Notes: generated by a model from the sequence alone, not told the origin. A stretch of 64,000 nt of DNA from Bugula neritina (GCA_964035545.1 OZ037765.1:26907504-26971503), one strand, 5' to 3'. Counted from the stretch's first letter, positions 28,701 through 41,190 are shown. Translations and numbers: made by a program.

Positions 28701-31700
28701 CCTAAGCATACATAATAGCAGTTCCAGAAAATTTTTAAAAATTTTCTTTCTTGACAAATCTTGAGAAAAATAAACTTCAAAGCATGTTTGTGGTTTTGGT
28801 TACTGAGCTAGTTGAAATGGTAACTATGATACAAGTCTCATTAATTATTTGTTATACTGGCTGTCATGTTCAATTCATAGCTGTTGACCTTTCAACTTTT
28901 TGGTCAGAATCTGCTGTTAGCACAGTCTTAGAGCTCTGCTAGTGAATGAGACAGCAGATTAGCTGTTAGCATTTTCAATTAATTATATACTTATGCACTT
29001 ATGTTATAAAAATAGCTAAACTACCTACCTCAATACCCATCATTTTCAAGAAGCATTCTCACAAAACTATAGATAAACGATATATTATTAAATAGACTGG
29101 TTAAATTTGTATCATCAAACGAATATGAAATGTGGATTAATACATGTCGTTTAATTTTCTAGCAGGTTAAATGCATCTATTGCACTTGCAACAATTGTGC
29201 TCAAATAAATATATCTAGATAAACCCCCGATAGCCTTTTAGCTGTTGGCATTCAGGTTTTTGTGTTACAGTTTTGTTATTTCTTAATATTATGCCTGTGG
29301 CTTGTAGTATAGGAACAGTAGTGAAGAAATTGAGATAGCCTAAGTTTTTTGAATTTCTTTATAAATTTTGGTGTTGCACATAACATAACTTCTTTTGCTA
29401 CATTTCTAATCTAGAACAAAGGCTTTTCTCAATTTCTCCATTACTGCACCTACCCGTGTGTAGTAGTCATCTCTGTCAGCTGCAGTAGACTCAAGGTCCT
29501 AGTTAATGTAGGTGGTAGGTTAAAACATAGTTATATAATGAAATAGGTAAAAGGCCAACCTAAGCCAGCCATTACTGAACCTGAAAACCCAAGTTTTTTA
29601 ACTCATCAAATTGCAACATAGGTAAACTGAATTATCTGAAAACCGCTTCTGAAAGAATTTCTGGTTGAAAAGTATGAAGCAAATTCTGATAAAGGAAGCA
29701 GTGAAAGTATGTTGAAAATATTGAGTTATTAACTTTTTGCTTGGGTTTTCAGTGAAACCATTTAATGTTATAGCTTCTCAACTTCTCATGCTCTAAATAT
29801 CTACATCAGCTAGTCTTATTGAAACTTAGCTGTAGTTTTACAGCTGGCTTGGCTGATCCTGGGTCACAAAATGTTATGCATAATCGAGGATAAGTTCACC
29901 CCAAGTATAACATATCGATCAATTAGAACTTTCAAATAAAACTATTAGACCTGTTGTAAAACATGCAATAAAGATATAGGGCAGACAAAATATTTCAAGA
30001 TGATATTGAATTAAAAGATGTCTGCCTCTTGTAAATACTTTAAATGAGCTTCTATTTTAAATATTCCTACAGAGTTTTGACTTTTTTTTCATTCATTTTT
30101 GTTCATGCCTACTTATATTATAGCCAGTATTTACACTGAATTTCGCAACATGTTGTCCGGTTTTTGTAAACTGCGTAAACGGAAAAGCGGAAATTTCTGC
30201 AAAAACGGCGGAAAAGTACTTAACCGAGCAATTTTTTTAGTAATCGCTGCGTAATACTTTTGTGTATGCACGAAGCATAGGTTTTAGTTGAAAAATGACA
30301 CAACTCTATTATTAAAATAATCTTGCATTAAGAAAACCTCGGCAACGTGTTAAGTACTTAGTCTATTTCATCCCTCACAACCAACGTGATATCTTCAACT
30401 CTACAAGTACACCCCTTCAACTGAACAGCTTTATATCTTTTTGCTTGAACCTAAAATTTTCACTTCGACTTTCCAATATAACAAATAAAGCTAGAGATGG
30501 GTAAGCTCAATCTGCTTATAAATTATTAATAACATTTTTAAACTAAATAATTGTCGATTAAAATAATAATCTAAATCATATTAACGATTAAATTTAATAA
30601 ATAATGATATTCATATTAATATTAATAGAAATATTAATAATACTAATAGTAATACTAATAGTAATACTAATAGTAATAGTAATACTCAATAGTAATAGTA
30701 ATGCTGTAATACTAATAGTAATAGTATCACTTTTACTAATACTAATACTAATAGTAATACTAATAGCGTTTAATTAATAATATAAATAATAATTATAAAT
30801 TAATATACTTATACTTATAGTGATAATTATATATTAACTTATACTTATAGATTACGATATCATTTTAACTTTAGGTATTGAATTACATTTATTATAATTA
30901 TAATTGTATTACTAATATTAATATTAATACTAATAGTAATAGTAAATGTAATACTATTAGTATAACTATTAAACTTAGTGCTACTAGTTCTATTACTATT
31001 GTCTATTAGTATTACTATTACTATTAAACTTAGTATAACTCTCCATCAGATACTGAACTATGTCGATAAACATAAGGCTGTTCACGCAGCAGTCCTAGAT
31101 TTTACAAAAGCATTTGACCGGGTCCCCCATGCCCTTCTAATGGAGAAACTACGAACAATTGCACCAATGGAAGACTATCTGCTCGGATGGGTACACAACT
31201 TCCTCCTAAACCGATCTCAGAGGGTCGTACTCGATGGCAAAAAGTCAGAACCACTGCCAGTGACATCTGGGGTACCTCAGGGCTCTGTGCTCGGCCCCAT
31301 ACTGTTTCTCGTGTTCATAAATGATCTCCCTGACTGTGTTGATTGTGAAGTTGGTCTCTTTGCAGATGACACCCTCCTCTACCAGCCTGTCTCAGATGAC
31401 CAAGACAGACTAAGGTTTCAAAGGAACATAGATGCAGCAGGAAGTTGGGCTTCAAAGTGGGGTATGGAGTTCAATGTTAAAAAGAGCAAAATTATGGCAT
31501 TCAAAGAGCAAGATATACCAGCACACTACACGTTAAATGGCACAGTTCTAGAACAGGTGGACAAATCAACATACCTCGGAGTGACTCTACAGGCCAACCT
31601 GAAGTTTGATAATCATATTCAGAGCAAAATATTGCTAGCAAACAAACAACTGGGGATGATCAAAAGGGCTTTGCACTGGGCACCCGAAAAAGTGAGACTC

Positions 31701-34700
31701 ATGGCTTACAAATCCCTATGCCTTCCTCACCTAGACTATGCTTCTGCTGTTTGGGACCCCTATACTACAAAAGAAATAAATTCCATCAAAGAGGTACAAA
31801 CACGGGCAGTAAGAGCCATAGCTAACATCAAGGGTAGAAGAGGAGTGCGAGAAGCAAAAGAAAGACTGGAGCTGGCCGCCCTCGATGAAAGAAGAAGAAC
31901 TCAACGGCTAAGACTCCTTATGAGGATACTCCAAAAGGAAGAATATCACCCAGCACTCTCTACAGCGTATGAAGAACTAATAAACACCCCGGAAAGTTTT
32001 ATCCAAACTAGGGCCCAAACACTAGGACAGCCAAGATCAGTCAGCACCAATAATAACTGCTATTATAACAGCTTCTTGCCACGAACAATCCGTGACCTTA
32101 AAGGGAACAATCCTTGCAAGACTAATTTACACACAGAATAATCTAAACATTGACAGGTTAACTTACCTGTACTAATAAACAATATTGCAACACACACTGC
32201 AACCAATTTATGGACTATTGTATGCATTTTACTTTCTGACCAACCATAAACATATGAGGCATGCCGCTTCTGCTACCTAGTGGTCTAGCATGATCGTAAT
32301 CTGGAGGTAACTGGAGGTATAACTATAAGTATTAGTATTATGTTAATTAATAATATTTTAGTATTAAATTAATTATTAATATTAATAATAATAATATAAT
32401 CATAATGATAATCATTGTCATTATATAAAGTGTAGTACTATTATTATTATTTTAATATAATTTTGTATTATTAATAATAATAATTCATAATTGTATTGGT
32501 ATTCTTATTCTAATACTGTAGTAGTAATTCACATCTGCTTATCTTATGTTTATTTTAATTCATTTAATTATATATGTAATTCACTAACCAGTAATTGTTA
32601 ATTGGTATTGTGATATTAATATAAGTTTATAACTATACTTATGGTATATTGATTAATAATTAGTAAGTCTAAGACAAGATGGATAGTAATACTTATACTA
32701 CTTGAGTGTTTTATTCAAATCGTTGAGAAAAAGTGCACCAAACTTTCACATTGATGCAGTTGAACTTAAACATATATGTGTTTAATGAATTGGCTATAAC
32801 ACTCAGTCACATGTTATCTTAAAACCCATTTTATACCCTGTTAAGACTCATTTTGGTCTTGTGGTGCAGATATAGTGTATTTGACATTTGTCTTGTGAGA
32901 GTAACAGTCTTTCATATTAAATAAGCCAAGAAGTCTAGGTTTTTTTAAGCCAGATTGTTGTTCTGATTATATAATTTGAAGTCAAGAATATTCATTGTTT
33001 AGCATTCATTGTAATGGTCCTGTTGTTTTGATAACTTTTACAGATTATAGAGGTATAATTAATTTTGGAAATACATGCTTTTTAAATGCATGTATTCAAA
33101 CTATAAGCCGCACACCACCGCTACAAGTAAATTGTGAGTACATAAATTTTAATTTATCTTTTTCTTAGGGGATTAATATGACTTTAAACCTAGATTTAAA
33201 GTAACTTGTTATATTTATATAGGAAATAAATGGTCATGTTTTTTCATACTGTAATCGAGAAGTAGATCACTGTTTTGGTCTTTTGGTCTCACTTTAGTGT
33301 TTTTTTTTTGTTATATATGCTTCATTTGTTACTGTGCCAGTAGCAATTCCACAGATCAAGGGTTGAATTTCATGGCTAACGATAAATTTCAAATCCCTTA
33401 TCAAAAACCAAATGTATAATTGACATTTTAATCAAGAATAGCCACCAATTAAGGCTTCTTTTACATACATATTTTGTTTTTAGAGGTTTTACCTGATTTC
33501 ATGAATAATGAGCAGCATGATGTTGCAGAGGTATTAATGGAAGTTTATAACATGCGATGCAATAGGTTGGGTAACATTAACATTGCTTGAACACATTTGT
33601 TGCTTATGTATAGTTTATAATTTCTAAAGTGACAGTTAGTAGGTACACTAAACACTAATGCTCTTTTCTTCAATGGGACAAAATTGTTCTGGTCAGAAGT
33701 TGAATAGTTGACTAAATGTCATTTCTACAATGCTGAAACAGCATTTGCTCAGTCAATGAATTTATTACCAGTTCCTCTATTAGAGGTGATTTGGCAACAA
33801 ATAGAACATTCATTTTATTGGCACTATAGCATCACGTTTTTGTATTGGCTATTTTATCTGTTACAGAGTGAGGTCACACTGCAGGGCATCAATCCAGTTC
33901 CAAGAAACTAGATGGATATGTTTTCCAAGGGTACTTTGTGCATTTTATGTTTACATAATATTTTGGACCATATTCTTGAGAATTTCTGACTACTGAATAA
34001 ATACTCATGTTACTATTTTCCAGCTCTAGTAGTCTAGATATAACTGTACAACTGTCTCAGTTTACAAAGCCTCCAAAAGTCTTGGCTATCACTTTGAAAA
34101 GATTTGATGAACCAGGAGTCAAGTTAACTAAAAACTTGGAAGTACTGGATTTGCTTTATATAACAGATAAGAGTGGGGCGAGAAGTATTTAACAAATACT
34201 TGTATACAAAGAGGCACAATACAAGAGCAGTTTATTGCTGTTGCAGGAACAAATATTTAATTAGCTCCAAGAATAAATGCAATAGGTATTACGGACATTC
34301 TGGTTCTAATAGCTGTGATAAAGGTACAGCTGTATAATCATCTATATTGTTTATCTTTGGCTGTGTGTTTTGTCATTAGCTTTGCACTTGTGAAGAAAAT
34401 TGTAATTTGTTGATTGTTTGTTTTGACAGCTTTGTTTGTGTTCAAGAAGAGAATCCTTGGAATATTTCCCTGCGCTACTCACTGTTACAAATTCATAGGA
34501 CTTGCTTGCTAGCATGTGCAAGTCCTTTGAAGTTGACTGCTGAGTTGACAGAACAGTAAACCACCAGCTTCGTCACAAGACTCCAATGTAATCAAGTTGC
34601 TTTTTACAAATTGGTTTGGTTTCAATGTAGCTGTTACACCACTGTGGTTACAATTGTCACTTTCAAAGTAAAGAGTGACAGCTGATTGTTCCATTATTAT

Positions 34701-36692
34701 TTACATATTTCCTCCAGATAGTATTGTAGCATCAAAGAAGACCTACTGAAAATATATTGATTTATTTAGCGGTATTTTAACTGTTAGCAAGACTTTGCAA
34801 AATGTATACATTCATATTAGGTGTTTAGGGCATTAAAGCTTTGATAACCGTTGCATATTTGCAATTATATGCAAGGCGTTATAAGCCATGACGAAGTTTC
34901 AGTTGTTCAGCATTTTGGTGACATTTCGTCAGCAAATATGTTTTTGTAATTTTTATTTGCTGTGCCTTGAACACATCTTTATACAAAACTAAAAAAAAAA
35001 TTTTTTTTTTCTCTCACTTTTACTTATATTATTGCATCATATTTTATGTTTTATTGTATAAATATCAAATAGTTCTTCAAGTTATTGTGTTCTTTGATTA
35101 CATCATGCTGTACAGTAATACATACAAGTTACCAGTATGTACAATTTCACTCACATCTTTACAATATTATTTTAAAGAACAAAAATTTAAAACAACTTTG
35201 CTGCCATGGCTATTCATTTACTTCTAGTGAGTTATCGATCAGTTTTGAGCACAAGGCCTAAGTTTGAGGTAGTGAAAGTAAATTATTTATTTGATGAAAT
35301 TATACTAATTGAGTCACACTATTTGAAATAGCATTGTACTATAAATACTAACGATAGTTCTACGTTTTATAGTTGAAGTTTGAAAATACTCATGAGCATG
35401 ATAACAATAATAAGCATTTTTTATTATAACAATTACATGCAACGATAAATATTAATTTATTTTCACTGTAGTTTTTAATGAGATATTTTAATGGGAATTT
35501 CGATAAAAAAAAATATTATGCTGGCTAGATAACTTAAGTCGTACGAATGTTAGCTGAATAACTAAAATTTAGTTAATAGTAAAACATCGAAGGTTTTGGT
35601 ATCTATGCAACTACGAGAATCACAATTATTGGGCTCGGTTTTGTAGTTTATAAGTTAATTATTAGCAGGTAAAAATGTATCTGTCAATACCATAATAAAA
35701 ACTAGTTGTGTAACTAAACTCTTTGTGCGCCGACGGCTTGGATGTTTCCTGATTTTATGGCCACGCTCACGCAACCGGATTTTATGTTTAAAAGTGGTCG
35801 TTAGAGGTTTTTCTGAGTTGTTTTCTCCTGTTTACGTTTACGCCACTTTTTTCCGCCTTTACGTTTACGCAGTTTACAAAAACCGCATGTTGTCATGTCT
35901 GTGATATGCAATAAATCAATCAACTATATAAAATATGTTAAATAAATTTTTGCCTAAACTGAGCTTTGCTTCTCTTAGTAATATTTTTCTTTTAAAAAAG
36001 TTTTGGCTATAACATGAAACTATGTAAAGCATTGACGGTCCTTTGAACATAATGTAGTACAAACTCTTCAAAGTATAATTATGTGTACATGCTAAAACAC
36101 AGCTAAGCAGGCATGTGAGTAATTACATGTAACTAGCAGTGAAACTGGGCCACTGCAGAGTTGAAAGGTCAATTCAGCTATAAATTGCATGGCCATAACA
36201 GACAGGACAACAAATGATAATTGAGACTTAATCATAGTTGCTATTTCTGCATTGCCCAGCAACGGAAACCACAAAAATGCGTTCAAGCATATTTTAGGCA
36301 ACATTTTTGCATGTTGGGAGGACACAACTCTTAATTTTAGCGGGACATTGGAGACCACTGAAAAGGGTCTTTTGAAACTTTTGAAAGAAAATTTTCAATT
36401 AGTTAGCAGAACATAACATATGCAAACAACCTTATTTATATGATCAATGTAGTTGGAGTTCATTGATAATAACTTTGCATATCACTGTAAAAAAGCACTT
36501 GTTTTTCTTAGTCAACAATAACAGCAAGCAATACCTGGCAAGGAAACCACCAGCATGTCCTGATGCTGCACACGCAATAGAAACACGCTCAACCAACGTA
36601 CATGGAATGCCCATTTCTGTGAGATGATAAGCTATAGAACAGCCAATAATACCACCTCCAACAATAACAACTTTCTCTATTTCATTTGCCAT
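25748..36692 (-). CDS. FAD-dependent oxidoreductase, DAO family, TDA3-like (7 exons)
   Basis: Exons 36692-36535 (VVIVGGGIIG..ACAASGHAGGFLA), 28303-28192 (NWSD..LSRESFDLH), 28027-27911, 27821-27687 (VHPKKL), 27151-26968 (VLAMGPWT), 26663-26499 (PEVYPRPDGTVYICG) and 25974-25748 (ACYLP..AGHSSRGILNAPATG). Phases are consistent. Confidence 0.88.
30497..34322 (+). pseudogene. Decayed multi-exon ubiquitin-specific protease (peptidase C19) gene inside the TIR element
   Basis: ATGG|GTAAG at 30497-30500 splices in frame to exon 33044-33133, giving MDYRGIINFGNTCFLNACIQTI (Cys box). About 33486-33565 reads NEQHDVAEVL (QxD box). About 33680-33785 reads LFWSEVE*LTKCHF..LLPVPL. 33867-33930 is frameshifted. 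34024-34190 reads PPKVLAITLKRF. About 34250-34322 is a His-box-like YLISS..HSGS. Stop and frameshift present. Confidence 0.8.
31041..32316 (+). mobile_element. 5'-truncated non-LTR retrotransposon (CR1/L2-group LINE) with intact RT C-terminal ORF (31041-32141)
   Basis: RT motifs LDFTKAFDRVPH, SGVPQGSVLGP, FADD and YLGV. The 3' tail is a tandem (A)CTGGAGGTA repeat. TSD GTATAACT at 31033-31040 and 32317-32324. Confidence 0.93.
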
Positions 36693-37163
36693 GACTGGTA
36701 AATAACAGTTGAATCTAAAATTAAATTTGTTTCTTTTTTAAAATAGTATAAGGTGACAAAAATAAACCTGTAACAGAGAAGAATAAACAAAGCATTTCCT
36801 CAACTCTTTAAGGTAGCAAGTTTCAAATTGTAGTCAGTCTGTTAGAAAAAACATGGAAAATCTGGTTAATGTCAAAGAACTAAATGTGCCCTAGCAGTGC
36901 TACCTGCCTGTCATGGTTGAAAGATTGCAAATTTATATGAATGTGCAAAGGAATGTAGTAAGTAAGCAAATCTTACCAACATATTATATACAATAAAATA
37001 AATGTACTTTTATACAACTTTAAAGCCGACTGGAAATATAACATTACATAATTTCAGAAATAAGATCGCTTGTTGAGATACCTTTTTAGTTTATTAGAAT
37101 GAGAAAATGGAATAAATTAAAACAAATGAGTTTGCATAACACATTGGATAGAATGCTTTTGGC

Positions 37164-37882
37164 TTATAACACTAAACAATCAAACAATTCTATTGTTTGT
37201 GTAACTTTACAGTTTAATGATGACTCAAAAGAAAAAATCCATTTCTTTAAAGCGTGATGAAGTTCTGTAGAAAGTAAACATTGAGGTACACTAAAGGAAC
37301 ATACACAAAATTTATTACCACAAAACATAGTTTCACATCTAGTGATTAATAACGGAGTATGGCTTAAACAATTTGTTTCTGTTGTTACAAAATAGACTGT
37401 AGGAAATCCTAACAACAGCCCAATAACAGTAGGGCCAGAAATAAAGACAGCACTGTGAAGCTCATACACATCATTTAGCATATCTGAGTGAAGGTTTTGC
37501 CAAGATTGCAATAGACCAACAAGTTCATCAATATAACTTGAACAATCTATAAACTGTGGGCTACTTAGTCCCACATCAATAAACCTAACCCTTGACTGTT
37601 GCAGATGTGTTAAAAGTGTTGAAATTTTTGCAAATATGATGTCCTGTGAGAATTCAATAATAAAAATATCTTTTAAAGCAGCCACACTTTTTGATAAATC
37701 TTGTCCTATTTTCAATGACAATGATGGTGAAATGCAGCTATGGTCATAGAGGAAAGCTGGACGAGCTTTAGTTACAAGGCACATGAAGTTTGAAGTAAGA
37801 TTTAGTAAAATTCTAGTTCTCCCACCCATCCCAGTTTTTAAGTGGCATAAATACATCTTTCTGTGGTAGACATGTAATCCAT
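37164..37882 (-). pseudogene. C1orf74: C1orf74/UPF0739 homologue, copy A, frameshifted
   Basis: Same acceptor and ATG (37882) as copy B, but the 13 nt AGATAACACTTCA (+ strand) is missing at about 37847, shifting the frame after codon 11. The ORF-track call starts at an intronic GTG. Confidence 0.72.
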
Positions 37883-38379
37883 AATCTAAAATAGGCAGAT
37901 GGGTGTTAATAAGATATTCATATTGCCTCACTATTTCATTATAATCATTATCAAAACTTCACTAAACTTGCTTCAAGTGTCAGTAGTCGTAGAAAAAGTG
38001 CATCCCTGGCCCTTCCACTCACTCTTAGGTAAATATTATTTGCAGAAGTAGTATAACTATAAGACAATAATTTAAATTTTCATCATGTTTCTGATTGTTT
38101 TTGGAATTACTAATGTCAATGACTGATGTAAAACTAAATGAGTAATTAAATAATTAACATTTGTTCTATTCCTCATTCAGTCATTACTTATAGTTTAAGT
38201 TATTACTATTAGTATTAGTATTACCATAATGATGACAATTATGATTATCAATATTGATATATCATTATGAGTAATCATTATCATCATGATACTCAATTTC
38301 ATATTGATATTGCTAGTTACTGTTAGGATGCCTAAATTGCAGTGGTTAAAAATGTAATACTAACTACCAACTAGTAGCT

Positions 38380-38713
38380 TTGGCGTGCTTTTGCGGATAG
38401 ACGAACGATGCAAACTTGAGCAGTTAGAACAGTGCACTTTATTAATACTATCATAGTTGATGTTATTATCAGTTTTACATATAATTATGACGAGTCGAGC
38501 GCGGCAAAGGCCACGTGCTTCATCAACATAAACTTACCTTGCGCCTCGCGAGTCGCCAACACTATCACTACGAGTATCAGACATTACCTCTTGGACGGTT
38601 TTTTAATTGTGGATTCTGTTCAATCGCTGAGTCATCAACTCATTGTGCTGTAAAAGCATTGGGCTTTTTGTTGTTTTGCTTCAAATTATAAACTCTGAGT
38701 TGTTAATTTAATG
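38380..38713. promoter_or_regulatory. Bidirectional promoter with head-to-head non-coding first exons (copy A)
   Basis: CpG-rich patch (CACGTG, CTCGCGAG). Minus-strand donor AAG|GTAAGT at 38538 and plus-strand donor ATG|GTGAGT at 38713. Flanked on both sides by periodic tracts (about 38180-38330 and 38765-38900). Confidence 0.7.
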
Positions 38714-39392
38714 GTGAGTCACATTCAAATTGAAATGTTATTGTTTATACATTTAGATTTACAATCACTGAATCAGTATCACTATGACTATGAGTATCAC
38801 TATCAGTATGACTGTCAGTATCACTATGAGTATGACTATCACTATCAATATGAGTATGAGACTGACTGTACCACTATTAGTGTATGAGTAACTTAGTATG
38901 GGTATCACAATCTGAATGAACATCAATATGTTGGCACAATGTATATTAAAATAAAAATTGATATTTTATTTAAACTTCTACTGGCAACTTTTTCTGTTAT
39001 ATACTTAAATAATACAGTTTAACTGCAAGTTTTGTTTTATAAAAAGGAATGCTTATGCTCGTGCTGGTATCATCTTTTGAAAATTGCATGTTGGTATTGG
39101 TAGTGGTAGGTCAATTGTCTTGTGTTCCATTTGATTTTTGCATAAGTCTAAAGCAATAACCAGATTAGTCATTAATTAATTAATTAAAGAGTTAGTAGCA
39201 TGCAAAAGGCAGTTAAATATTCTCAGTGTTTGTGAAATTTCCTAATCATCTAATGGCAATGCCTTGTAAATATACAAACACATATGGAGTGATAATTAAT
39301 CACAACCAAAAGGCATGTGAAACTGAAAGTACAATTGATAACAATATAGTATTTTGATATTTACTACTTTATTGGCTACTGTAAAATAATTT

Positions 39393-39463
39393 TGCCCCAC
39401 TGGGAAACGGACCCGAGACCTCCGGCTTGCAAGCAAGTGTGCTAACCATTACACCACCAGACC
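39393..39463 (-). mobile_element. tRNA-derived SINE head or tRNA pseudogene
   Basis: The minus strand reads TGGTGTAATGGTTAGCAC (A box) ... GGTCCGTTTCC (B-box-like). Acceptor and anticodon stems do not pair. Confidence 0.7.
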
Positions 39464-39701
39464 ACTGGGTAAACTCAACACTACAGCTACAACTTCTAGA
39501 TTATTTGAAGAATAAATTCTAAAAATAGCTTTTTATCCGGGCAACATTTTCTGATTCTTCTATGTAATTTCAGAATGTATAAAAGTTTTAAGTTTTTACA
39601 TATTTCACAATAGATAACAAAACAATAAAAATTACAATATTGTGCAATGATATTAGGCATTTTCAAAGCTCTGTAAGTGAATAACTTTGATTTGTAGGAT
39701 T

Positions 39702-41190
39702 ATGCCTCGTCAGAAAAAGTTGAAAGATCCAAGTCTTGACCGTCCTCAATTACAAAACAAAAAGCGAAACAAAAAGCGAAACAAAAAGCGTAAAATTGAG
39801 CAAAATATTGCTGACATCGAATCAGTGTCCAACCAAAAGAAAATGAAACTCAGTGCTGTATTGAAAGCTCCGGTGGCTAAAGGCACTATGTTTGTCGGTG
39901 CTCATATCTCAGCTGCTGGTACAGAATTTAATTCATTGCTGGTAGCTCAAGATTTTAGCATCAAGTCTAGTGAAATATATAATTTCAAGCCTTTTCAAAT
40001 CAGATATATTGCTTAATAGAATTCACTGTAAAACTGGGTTTAAACCTTAATGAGTTGGCATTGGTAATTATTTATGTCTAAGTCATCACTGGTAATATCT
40101 TTGTGCAGATTTTGTAAATATATTATACGAGTAGAAAATTTTACTTCTATAAATTATCTTGCGTTACTTTTGAGCAACTTTGAAAATCTGCTTGCCTATT
40201 TTCACCAGGTGGAGTTCATAATGCGGTGACCAACGCTGTGAATATTGGGTGTAAATCTTTTGCACTGTTTTTAAAATCTCAGAGGCAGTGGAATGCCAAA
40301 CCATTGGACCCAGTCGTCATTGAAAAGTTTAAGACTCTTCTTAAAGTGAGTTATGTTATTTGTTAAATCATTGCATACTCAGCTATCTCACTATTTTTTA
40401 GTAATTAAAAAACAGTTTGATTAGTTTATCTGTTTTAGGCTGTTTGAATTTTTGTAGGAAAACAATTTTGAGCCACATTTAATAGTGCCTCATGGCTCGT
40501 ATCTCATCAACTGCGGCTCCCCTAGCCCAGAGACTTTAACCAAAAGCAGAGAAGCACTAGTTGCAGAGCTGCAGCGATGTGAGCAGCTGGGACTCGCTAG
40601 ATACAACTTCCACGCTGGCTCCACGTGTGGCAAGCAGTCTATTGAGCAGAGTATACAGCAGATAGCTAGCTGCATTAATGAAGCTCATTCTAAGACAAAG
40701 TTCGTCACTGCAGGTTTGCCTTTTTTTATAAATCCAGCCTTTTAAATGACACTCTGTCCTTCTATGTTATAACAGCATATAATAAGTAATTTTGGAGTTT
40801 TCTTCACAGTTTTTCATTAGATGAAATTTGATAAAACAAAGAATTAGCTATTTAATGCTAGTGCCCAAATATCTAGTAGTAGTATGAAGAAAGGTTTAGA
40901 TGTAGAAGAATATATAATAACACATCATATACTGGACAATTTTTGTGAGTGTTTATTAGCTTCTTATAATCTGGAATTGTTGGCAAAACATGAAGAAAGT
41001 CTGAGTTTTGCAAACTAATGCCCCAGTAACATCTGCGTAGTCAAATTGTTTATTTCAGTCATAGAAATTATGAGTTGTCAAGGCAACACAATTGGAGGTG
41101 AATTTGAAGAGTTGGCAGCCATTATAGATCTGGTTAAGAATAAGTCCAGGATTGGTGTGTGTCTGGACACTTGCCATGCTTTTGCTGCTG
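39702..41190 (+). pseudogene. Endonuclease IV (APN1/Nfo family), copy A, 3'-truncated by the duplication junction
   Basis: Exons 39702-39918, 40209-40345, 40458-40713 and 41059-41190 ([29 protein letters not shown]). The last two exons are missing. FHPG is changed to FHAG and IENM to IEIM relative to copy B. Confidence 0.85.

Larger units (their letters stand above)
30158..35885. mobile_element. Non-autonomous TIR DNA transposon (5728 bp, 9-bp TSD; MULE-like) carrying USP cargo
   Basis: Perfect 24-bp TIR CGGTTTTTGTAAACTGCGTAAACG (36 bp with 2 mismatches). TSD CATGTTGTC at 30149-30157 and 35886-35894. Copy B has the empty site with one CATGTTGTC at 48376-48384. No transposase recognised. Confidence 0.93.
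28526..36370. mobile_element. Old fold-back/long-TIR DNA element in oxidoreductase intron 1 (arms about 28526-28990 and 36070-36370)
   Basis: The arms are diverged inverted copies: AGACCCTTTTCA...TGAAAAGGGTCT at the ends, and internal blocks such as tttgtggttt..gaaat.g.aactatgat..aagtctca and ttgacctttcaact are shared. It is also present, uninterrupted, in copy B (about 46762-48861). Confidence 0.65.

Noticed and set aside
30978-31040. Signal-peptide-like N-terminus on the RT ORF
   Set aside because: It is the translation of the low-complexity flank upstream of the LINE TSD and starts at GTG; it is not part of the element.
37883-37931. N-terminally extended 255-aa C1orf74 in copy A
   Set aside because: It starts at a GTG upstream of the splice acceptor and is in frame only because of the 13-nt deletion. 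A shorter product from the internal Met (MGGRTR) cannot be excluded.
39393-39463. Functional tRNA gene
   Set aside because: Acceptor and anticodon stems do not pair and the two duplicates differ within them; better read as a SINE head or pseudogene.
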